NCBI GenBank assembly: GCA_002780005.1 | Contig: PEWV01000025.1 | Coordinates: 25,150 to 89,149, forward strand | Length of the DNA: 64,000 nucleotides | From: Candidatus Aquitaenariimonas noxiae | GTDB lineage: Bacteria; Omnitrophota; Gorgyraeia; Aquitaenariimonadales; Aquitaenariimonadaceae | Reading direction: 5' to 3' | Shown here: positions 28,101 through 34,850 of the stretch, piece by piece | Layout: each line of letters begins with the position of its first letter | How positions within the stretch are numbered: the stretch's first letter is position 1 | Notes under the pieces: generated by a model | The model's database searches: none | Told to the model about the DNA's origin: nothing | The model's input: only the letters and a program-made list of their open reading frames with translations | Position numbers and translations under genes: made by a program

Positions 28101-31100
28101 CGCGGGACATTAGGCCGGCTTTGATCAAGAGAACAATAGCTGTGCCGACAAGCAGGCCTTCCACAGCCATTCTTCTTGCATAACTCCTAGGGCCTTCTGA
28201 AGGATAATTTCTCTCAAATCTCATTAAGTTAAGGGCTCCTGCGAACGCAAACAGAGCGCCTATATATCCGATTAGAATAACCAAGGCTGGATGAAGGTGC
28301 AGGCTTAAAAACCATATTATTCCTGCAACCGACCCTCCGCCGAATACGAGCCCTGCCCAAAGTTTCCACTTGCCTGGGGCTATAACCCTTCTTTCATAAA
28401 GAATCTTCCTAAGGTCCTGTTTATCAAATTTATCAAACACCCTTATCAGCAATTCTCTTTGCTGGCTGTTATGAGTGGCTAGTATAAAATCCAGGGTCGC
28501 ATTCGTAGCTTCACTCTCACCGCACTCGCGCGCCATATGATACAATTCATGATGGACATTGAGCAGCACGAATATCTGCGTCAATTCTTTGGCTAGATTC
28601 TCTAATTGCCAAGGAGTCATATTTAAATTCATTTCCTGCGCTACTGCGGATAATCTATAGTAAGTATCTATAAATAAATCATAATCTAAGATCATTAAAT
28701 TGTTCTGTCTCTGCGAAACGTGCCCCAATTGCGGAAAACCCCATCCTATGCGTATAGCTATGCAAGGATTATCTGTCCCTGTCTGTCTCTGTTTTTCGAA
28801 TATATCCCTTAGAAGTTGCCGCATAGCCGGGATATTAAAGGCATTTTGTAAATTAATCCTGTATTCATCGGGAATAAATTCGCCTGGCGCTGTATCCTGG
28901 CGCTGATAGACAACAATCTGCCCCCTTCTGTCCGGAACAGCAAAAAGGACCGCTATTTTATCAGTTGTCATTTCATTAATACTTGGGGGATAAGGTTCGA
29001 CTCTTTCAAAAAACGAAAACATGTTAGCGCCTCGACCTGTTTTTGGCAAAACAGCCAGCTTTAATCGGGCGCTAATCCTGGCAAAAGTCCTCGAGACAAC
29101 GCTCCTGACGCTGCCGGCCGCGAACCGATTATCGCGCTCGATCAAACCTCTAAGGGCTTCGGGTTTTAACGCGCCTCTATAAGAGATGCCCAGCCTCTCT
29201 ATATTAGTTAAGACATGGCTGTAAGATGCTGCCGCATCGCCAAAAGCGCCTCTGGCTTCACATTGTAAAGCTGCCGTCAGATCGGCATTGACCTCACCCT
29301 GCAAAACTTCAGCTTGCTCGAGCGCGATTTCCTCAAGCCTAGCCGTCGCCGCTTCCATACGAGACGTAAAACAATCAAAACGCCTTATCAAATAGCCAAG
29401 CCAATTATAAGCATGCTCCACCTGGACCGGATAAATATTATTCGATGCCACCAAGTCACTTATATGCTGGTCTTCCAGCTCTCCCGTTTCAGCAAGGTAT
29501 AATATATCTACTATACCGGCATAGGTAAGATCTATATCCGGACTAAAAACTGTTCCTAGAATTTTCAAGAGTAGAACAGGATTGCCTCTAACAGCGGCTC
29601 TATATTTTATGCCGCTCAAAACTTGGTTTAGAGGGCTCACCAGCATGCCTACGTAGCGCAGCTCGCCTTCTACGCGATCCCTCGATAGGCGCATGTCGAG
29701 ATCTGAAACAACTCCGTTAATAATCACCTCTCTCATGGCCCGCTTGAATATATCTCGATCAGCGATTTCATCGGCGACACTTGCTTGAGATAGCTTTGCC
29801 AAAACATTTTCTAGCACCATAAAAGGATCCGCATCCGCTGTCATAGAGATGTGCCAAATAGTATCAGCAAGCATTTCCGCCCTATCTTTTCTGACAGCAA
29901 TCCTACCTCTACCAACGCCTGCAACAACCTGATTTGCCACGGTTTCAACAATTAAAGCCGCAGTTCCCGCACTTCTCGCGCCCGCATCAGGCGGAATTGT
30001 GGCAAATACGCCTCCGGCTTCCCAAACATATTTATTATAGAAATGGTGTAAGGCCACTGTTAAAACAAAAACCGGTATAATGCTTGGGGCGAGACCCAAA
30101 CTAAACATCAATGCCATCGGCACAACGCTGAATAGGAGCCCTGGCACTAGGAAGAATAAACCTAATCTAAAATCCTCCTGCTTCCTAAACCCAAAAAGAC
30201 TTCCGGTATGTTCAAAAATCCATCTTTTTTCTATCAGGTTATCGCCGATCCTGGGACTGCGCACGTAAACTCTTAAATGGCCTAATAAGAAAGTTGTAAA
30301 TGTCATTACAGCTGCTATTGATCCGGCTATAAACAAGGGCTGATGCAATATAGACAAAAGAAGGAAGGTTGAGCCGTAGTATATAGATAACCTGATAATA
30401 TTTTCTATTACCGGAGCCACGTAAAGCGAATATCCCCTCAATCCCTCTTTGCCCTCTTTCGAAGTAGATGCCGCAGTTCTCAGGAGATCAACCTTAGAGG
30501 CCCATTGCCATATGTCTTTTCCTGTGAATAATTTCACTATCCATCTTATAGAAGCTATAAGCGCAACAGAAGTTGCCGGGGGTAAAGAGTCTTCACCTTC
30601 TTGCGTTCCTCTCTCAACAATAGTTTTAGCATCCGATCTTGCAATAATATCATGCGCTAATACGCATTTTAGATAAGGATCCGGGTTTTCTTTATAAATT
30701 CTTAATGTTCTATCTGCACCTTCTTTTGCATTATCGACAATCCTTATCAACTCCTCTACCGTTAGGTCAACGGTTAACCCTCCTGTAAGCTGCTCAAACA
30801 CTAAGGCACTATCAAATGTTAATTGAAATGGCGGTTGTGCATAGTGGTGCATAAATTGCCGCGCAGACTCTACGAGTCTACGGATATCAACAGGGGATAT
30901 GTGCCGCTCTCTCGCGGCATCTATAAGTTGCGTTACTTCCGGATGTTTCTCCTGATATTTAGTGAGATACGTTTCGGCCCTCTCGGTTTCCGCGCTTAAC
31001 TCTTGCGTCTCAGGAGACGTCAGGGCTTCCGGACCCCGCCTTCTTGCTATAATATCAATTTCCGGATTATCCTCTATAAATTCACTTAAAAAACTCCTGG

Positions 31101-34100
31101 CTGCAGAATCTCCTTTTCTTGAAATTTCTAAAATAATACCGGCCCCGCCTTCAGCATTAAGCAGCCCCCTGGCCGCAGCAGTTCTTACTTCAAGGCTCGG
31201 GTCATTCTGCAATGCCCCCCTCAATACGGTAAGGCCGCGCTCGCCGGCCCTGCTGAGCGCTAATGCCGCGGCTAATTTCGAATCCGTATCCACATTCGTT
31301 CCCAGCACTGCCTGCAAATTCCTTATTCCGGAATTACCTGGTAAACTTGCCAACCCCAAAGCCGCAGCATATTTAGCATCCATATCAGACGGCTTTTCTG
31401 TTCTGCTTGATAATATGCCATTCAAAACATCTGTCCCTCGACTCATCGTACCGAGCGCTATAGCGGCGCAGTACTTAGCAGCCAAATTATCATTATTGCG
31501 TATAACGCCGTTGAATACCCTTACAACATCATCCCCAAAGTGAGTTAACGCTATTGCCGCGCCTTTTTTAGCGCCAAAACTCGGATTTGTGGACAAAATA
31601 CCGGCAAGTTTTCTTTGGGGCTTGCTTTTATCAGTGGCGGCCATTCTCATAAGATGCTCGCGCGTTTCAGCAAAATTTGGGTCTTCAAACAACCCCAATC
31701 TCTGGCCTCGGGCACCTGTCAAAACTTCGTCAATATGCCTGACCGCTGCCAGCCTACTGCGATCTGTTGTTAATACCTCCCTGCGGTGCAAAAGCGTTGA
31801 TTCCACGCGATGGCTTTGCGTTTCCTTTAAAATCCTGATCATTACAGGTTCTATATGAGTCTGGATATAGATTTCGTCTTCATCGTTTAAAGCCAAAGAT
31901 AGATTGTTCATTACTGCTTCAGGCTGTTCTTCTGCAAACGACACGAGAAAATCATCGATAAATGCGCTTACAACCGGGTCTTCTGCCTTATACATGCCAG
32001 ACAAGATTCGCACTGATTCGTCAGGGTAGGCATGGGCGATATTCCTTATAGTATCGATTGCAAATTGTATAACTGGTTGTGGAAAATCGTGCAAAAGACC
32101 CAAATATTGGCGCAAAACTTCACCCATATTCGCACTCAAGGCCTGCGCCAATCTATCTTGAGATTCTAGTTGGGCTTGACGCAAGGGCATCAAATCACTT
32201 CCCTCTAGGGTTTTAACATCTCCTTGCTGCATGCCGCTGACTGTAACAGGTCCGATCGCTATTCTTTCCATCCTAATAACGGGATTCCCAACAGCATCCA
32301 TCATTCCTTTGACCTGACGGTATTTTCCCTCACTTATAAAGAGATCTAGCGTCGTAGTACCGTGACCTCGCTCGATTATCGCAATTCTGGCCGGAGCCGT
32401 ATCATATTCAATTAAGCTTCCTTCCATAATTTCTACTTCAACGTGCACTCCTTCTTCGAGCGCCATCTTCTTGTCATCTGTAACCTCACCGCTGGCAACA
32501 ACTCTATACTGCTTCTCTATATGGCCGGCCGGCAGTATAAGATTACCTATCATGCTGGGATCATCAGTGAGGATCATAACGCCAGGAACATCATAATCCA
32601 GGCGGCCTACCGGATAGAGGCCTGTTGTATCTATATGGTGATCTTCGGAAAGGATGTCATATATAGTCCTTCTGTTAAGCCCTTCGGCGTCTTCGCGAGT
32701 GGATAAAACATCAGCCGGTTTATATAATAGATAATATCTAAATTTGACCGGCACGCGCACAACATTGCCAAACTGATCCAATAACTCTACTTCGCCTTCG
32801 CGAGCCAATCGATATAACTCGTCAAAAAGCACTCGTCTAAAATGGGGGGCGAGCATTATCGCATCTTGAGTTAAGCCTATGTCATGCGTCGCCTGCATGA
32901 GTTCTATATTGTCGGGTCGGGCAAGATATTCGACAGTATCTTTTATAGCATTCCCTTCGTCTGTTATGCCTTTTATTCCATGCGCGCCTATATCATGCGA
33001 CCACAAGCCCATGAGAAATAGGATGCGCTGGTCCTGCAGTTCCGGAGGAGCCCTTAAAAGCGGCCAGTTTATTATGACCCTGCCGGGCATATGCGTTGCC
33101 GCCTCATCAATATCATATCTCAGGCTTAAAGTTATTTTGAAACCTTCGGCCGGGATCCTATCCGCTAGTTCGGCCTGCTGTGTTCTAAACCACCGTTTTA
33201 GAGAAATATCAAGGATCCCTATTTCCGGATATTTTGCGAGTAGTTCTTCCTCTTTCATGCTGCCATTCATAATAGGCTCTATATCATTTTCCTGAACTCC
33301 TGACATGCGCAAAAATCTTTCATCCATAGCCAGATTGATTTCGCCGGACTTAGTAATGCTGATATCGGCAGTAAGCGGCGTTTCACGCGCGATACCTAGC
33401 ATTTCTTCTGCGGCTTCCTCGGAAGGTCTTCCGTCTTCCATGGGTTGAGCGCGGGCAACTACAGCCGGATAAGCCTTTGCTGCATCCTGAGGCACAAGGC
33501 AGGCATTCAAGAAAGCTCTTTCAGCGCCGTACCAAATATACCTGTCTGAAAGATCAATAGCCCTCTGCCTCAGTTCCTCGGTAGAGGCAGCCCCATATTG
33601 CTCAATATTGGCAATAATATGTCTGACAATTGTTTCAAACTCAGCGGTACCGCTTTGACCAGCTACTATAGTATAATTTTGCTCTCCCCTTGCGTATCTT
33701 CTTAAAATTTCTATTCTATCAGCAAGGGTAGCTCCCGTTAATATTCTTTGCAATAACTGTCCAAATGCATCCGCGTCGGCACGATCACGCGCTTCAAACC
33801 CTGCTATTAAACTGCTCCAGCTCTGGTCTTCTTTTATAGCGTAATAATGAGTAGCCCAATATTCGTTTGAGCGCACCCCTCCGCCTGGCTCAACAATCCT
33901 GTCATTTGGCCTGCCGGCCATAGCCATAGGCTCTCGCAGCCCCAACTCTGCCCTAGTAGGAATTGGAGGCAATCCTGGCTCAGGCAGGGCTTTCATTTTC
34001 ATTATCTGCCTGCATAGATTTCTATTTATTCTTACATCTATGACGCCCTCTTCCTGGCCCACTAATTCATTTGTATACGGATGAGTCGTCTGGCTTGGAT

Positions 34101-34656
34101 TGTAATACCGAAGGACATAGCCGTTCATGAAGCTTATGAGTATCTCGCCTTTGCTGGTTGTATATTGCAGCTCCGCGACCCAGCCTTGGCCGGCTTCGGC
34201 TAAAGCCGCCTTTACGCCATCCAGGGACAGGTTCTCTCTTGTCCGGCCATTCCCGTTCTCGACCAATTCGATCAGAAGTTTGGCCTTTACGCCGGCCAGG
34301 TAATTTTCATCGTCAAAAATTGATGGCGGGATCAATGTATGCTTATTTTGATCTAATATATCGGGATTAGCATATAATATATTTTGGAACGTAAATGATA
34401 TTATAAGCAGAAATGAAATAATCTTAATAATGGGCTTTTTGTGGAAATACGAAGGATGGAATAGAAAGAAGCTTTCGATAAACCCCGTTAGAGAACTTCG
34501 TTCTCTAACGGTTTGTGCTGACAGTGGCTTTAAACTGCCGTCAGCTTTAAGCGGTAATGACCGCCGATTAAAATCGGCGGTTTTCTCTAACGGGGTAAAC
34601 CGTTTGAAATGAGATGGTATATCTCTTTTTTGTTCTATATTAAACCCGCAGTTCAA
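24511..34656 (-). CDS. Giant multidomain protein G1 (3381 aa): signal-like segment, RsuA/RluB-type pseudouridine synthase, HEAT repeats, CPBP-like membrane domain, HExxH module, lytic transglycosylase-like, wHTH, shared C-terminal domain
   Basis: Uninterrupted 10.1-kb ORF. TTG start preceded by GGGGGG (SD-like). Hydrophobic IIKIISFLLIISFTFQNILYA. Motifs YKP..VGRLD..EGKYRQVK and FYET..ARGIAQL..YDP..AAY. The start position is less certain. Confidence 0.9.
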   Translation of the reverse strand: MNCGFNIEQKRDIPSHFKRFTPLEKTADFNRRSLPLKADGSLKPLSAQTVRERSSLTGFIESFFLFHPSYFHKKPIIKIISFLLIISFTFQNILYANPDILDQNKHTLIPPSIFDDENYLAGVKAKLLIELVENGNGRTRENLSLDGVKAALAEAGQGWVAELQYTTSKGEILISFMNGYVLRYYNPSQTTHPYTNELVGQEEGVIDVRINRNLCRQIMKMKALPEPGLPPIPTRAELGLREPMAMAGRPNDRIVEPGGGVRSNEYWATHYYAIKEDQSWSSLIAGFEARDRADADAFGQLLQRILTGATLADRIEILRRYARGEQNYTIVAGQSGTAEFETIVRHIIANIEQYGAASTEELRQRAIDLSDRYIWYGAERAFLNACLVPQDAAKAYPAVVARAQPMEDGRPSEEAAEEMLGIARETPLTADISITKSGEINLAMDERFLRMSGVQENDIEPIMNGSMKEEELLAKYPEIGILDISLKRWFRTQQAELADRIPAEGFKITLSLRYDIDEAATHMPGRVIINWPLLRAPPELQDQRILFLMGLWSHDIGAHGIKGITDEGNAIKDTVEYLARPDNIELMQATHDIGLTQDAIMLAPHFRRVLFDELYRLAREGEVELLDQFGNVVRVPVKFRYYLLYKPADVLSTREDAEGLNRRTIYDILSEDHHIDTTGLYPVGRLDYDVPGVMILTDDPSMIGNLILPAGHIEKQYRVVASGEVTDDKKMALEEGVHVEVEIMEGSLIEYDTAPARIAIIERGHGTTTLDLFISEGKYRQVKGMMDAVGNPVIRMERIAIGPVTVSGMQQGDVKTLEGSDLMPLRQAQLESQDRLAQALSANMGEVLRQYLGLLHDFPQPVIQFAIDTIRNIAHAYPDESVRILSGMYKAEDPVVSAFIDDFLVSFAEEQPEAVMNNLSLALNDEDEIYIQTHIEPVMIRILKETQSHRVESTLLHRREVLTTDRSRLAAVRHIDEVLTGARGQRLGLFEDPNFAETREHLMRMAATDKSKPQRKLAGILSTNPSFGAKKGAAIALTHFGDDVVRVFNGVIRNNDNLAAKYCAAIALGTMSRGTDVLNGILSSRTEKPSDMDAKYAAALGLASLPGNSGIRNLQAVLGTNVDTDSKLAAALALSRAGERGLTVLRGALQNDPSLEVRTAAARGLLNAEGGAGIILEISRKGDSAARSFLSEFIEDNPEIDIIARRRGPEALTSPETQELSAETERAETYLTKYQEKHPEVTQLIDAARERHISPVDIRRLVESARQFMHHYAQPPFQLTFDSALVFEQLTGGLTVDLTVEELIRIVDNAKEGADRTLRIYKENPDPYLKCVLAHDIIARSDAKTIVERGTQEGEDSLPPATSVALIASIRWIVKLFTGKDIWQWASKVDLLRTAASTSKEGKEGLRGYSLYVAPVIENIIRLSIYYGSTFLLLSILHQPLFIAGSIAAVMTFTTFLLGHLRVYVRSPRIGDNLIEKRWIFEHTGSLFGFRKQEDFRLGLFFLVPGLLFSVVPMALMFSLGLAPSIIPVFVLTVALHHFYNKYVWEAGGVFATIPPDAGARSAGTAALIVETVANQVVAGVGRGRIAVRKDRAEMLADTIWHISMTADADPFMVLENVLAKLSQASVADEIADRDIFKRAMREVIINGVVSDLDMRLSRDRVEGELRYVGMLVSPLNQVLSGIKYRAAVRGNPVLLLKILGTVFSPDIDLTYAGIVDILYLAETGELEDQHISDLVASNNIYPVQVEHAYNWLGYLIRRFDCFTSRMEAATARLEEIALEQAEVLQGEVNADLTAALQCEARGAFGDAAASYSHVLTNIERLGISYRGALKPEALRGLIERDNRFAAGSVRSVVSRTFARISARLKLAVLPKTGRGANMFSFFERVEPYPPSINEMTTDKIAVLFAVPDRRGQIVVYQRQDTAPGEFIPDEYRINLQNAFNIPAMRQLLRDIFEKQRQTGTDNPCIAIRIGWGFPQLGHVSQRQNNLMILDYDLFIDTYYRLSAVAQEMNLNMTPWQLENLAKELTQIFVLLNVHHELYHMARECGESEATNATLDFILATHNSQQRELLIRVFDKFDKQDLRKILYERRVIAPGKWKLWAGLVFGGGSVAGIIWFLSLHLHPALVILIGYIGALFAFAGALNLMRFERNYPSEGPRSYARRMAVEGLLVGTAIVLLIKAGLMSREEYIKWRDRKEKKELLRQALANAEAGRKAREEKAQAISVKINRIKPLLIGMRSDDFRNRIYGTFVDPYIEAYIEQEDLDLLMDIVRFSRPEYMGWTSDKLRANLLDLAARKYSDKFDIAEPEDRKIRITLRSEERLYRTLRYVYLAHMDRDAVLNAVARKVFADPKFSNMTEAQRNELMARFLNKFKFLAGQEKDNIPFNRVLGLLFYETDSFNSSGPKATTLDSSGKYARGIAQLLDGDEEADHYRKIFDGLKAEGVLSGEYDPYDPIQSICVVTRKMKMVRDSEDLAPYMGGISAKGGARNVTRFSYAAYVGGGGTPAYNIRLMQSDDPNAEWWNFDVIRDVMLVRKTYKSRYTWGYGEAVVSDYDDVVTRFYDILEVLSEPSGATAATVTPTPLGQEKTPGRMPGATPTLPAAPKTTPDGYIAQGHIALERMNQDIAERKYRPLEDGLKEFVIEEINNSEISDVSLRSAIDRLSNPEYYEEGATPPISQEEAPGLFARIWGDLIAPDNNKLSLALLYDLPNATLREVVSQIENSQDFALGQNKLDDAENPAIYYSRDFLGTLPWPLKGEYILHEILCRHFGHQAARALQIVFFPANYPEGKPEGLLRDRIRVYIDGPRNFAERKEQDRYGIIFNPGDVNSALMVTNGWSDDALQGEDRDINGVVGRLNALPFIYTTWADAPTPRAYLELYSYSGEAPQERIDLYFRKLQSDKQTSSADIPSNNKLYVSFKADESNPNFTRFIDELNGLDGVEVVRTSEYDGSRFSSEWALLIEVPQDIIDAKDPLMCQENIEDKMSAIERIAEDFLRIEHIPFTPDGSPAVFLHSLLLTKDWPTPELTELATRFKNGEALTIAELQQLRLKNPSNISEGTYSYETVRVEISNLEQAGIVSIDRADKVHKVTLRPELARAPPREIVEAICNIRIEASSLQRSARLTDQPLRHYDEVSKLTDQERELLRAKVDHIIGKVKTVEQEAQVILPKEEDMIAGMPTLSMEPSQEEAVRLVASLRSLAKEAKDKGEELVVGIDTTIGNLKDYAPGLLETLVNLKDREGLENLRVITGEGTILSAQLNTYLSDAQRDSKTVRAVVIVKEDNRQKRMFKSLVDKAQVVSVDDSRVIDNFTGSLNYYIPIAKIIERALTKILSKPHEPIPYVEEVEEDGILKLILSVQEDAKPLEREELERRYMEESEFIGKA
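27000..27540 (-). other. Lytic transglycosylase (SLT)-like domain within G1
   Basis: LLFYETDSFN (catalytic E), ARGIAQL (cf. GLMQ), YDPIQSI (cf. DPxxNI), YAAYVGG (cf. AAYNAG). Confidence 0.6.
30030..30430 (-). other. CPBP/Abi (CAAX protease-like) membrane domain within G1
   Basis: VAPVIENIIR (cf. APxxEExxxR), FLLGH (FxxxH), HHFYN (HxxxN), set in hydrophobic helices. Confidence 0.55.
31080..31640 (-). repeat. HEAT/PBS-lyase-like helical repeats within G1
   Basis: Repeated L.......aK..AA.aL...g units (AKKGAAIAL, AKYCAAIAL, AKYAAALGL, SKLAAALAL, VRTAAARGL). Confidence 0.8.
32190..32740 (-). other. RsuA/RluB-family pseudouridine synthase domain within G1
   Basis: LLYKPADVLST, YPVGRLDYD (catalytic Asp), IEKQY, ISEGKYRQVKGM, RIAIG. 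Confidence 0.9.
33985..34340 (-). repeat. Type-A N-terminal domain of G1 (repeat of ~23980-24330)
   Basis: Direct DNA and protein alignment with the G2 N-terminal block; similarity stops abruptly after MKALP. Confidence 0.92.
34482..34596. repeat. 115-bp multi-hairpin palindromic element (MITE/REP-like) in frame in the G1 leader
   Basis: ACCCCGTTAGAGAA ... TTCTCTAACGGGGT 14-bp TIR. Internal hairpins CCGTTAGAGAAC-TTC-GTTCTCTAACGG and ACCGCCGATT-AA-AATCGGCGGT. Confidence 0.85.
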
Positions 34657-34755
34657 AATTTTACCCCCCGCAGTTTTTAACTTTTTATTGTATTATCATA
34701 TAACTTGATATGTTATACTATAAATATAATCTTACTTTTTATATGATTTACCTAA

Positions 34756-34784
34756 AGTATAACATAAATGAGAGGGTTTGTAAA
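34756..34784 (-). promoter_or_regulatory. Sigma70-type promoter upstream of the giant-gene array
   Basis: Minus strand TTTACA-N17-TATACT with TGn extended -10, ~100 nt upstream of the G1 start. Confidence 0.65.
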
Positions 34785-34850
34785 GGCAAATAACAAGCTT
34801 TTTTAATGGTTAACTACACACTTATTGTGGTTATGCTTATTATGCAGGTT

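Noticed and set aside
508-34656. NRPS/PKS, RTX or Rhs identity for the giant ORFs
   Set aside because: No adenylation, condensation or ketosynthase motifs, GGxGxD nonapeptides or YD-repeat core were seen.
34699-34717. TATAAC-N7-GTTATA inverted repeat as an operator upstream of G1
   Set aside because: Six-bp arms in very AT-rich DNA are likely by chance.
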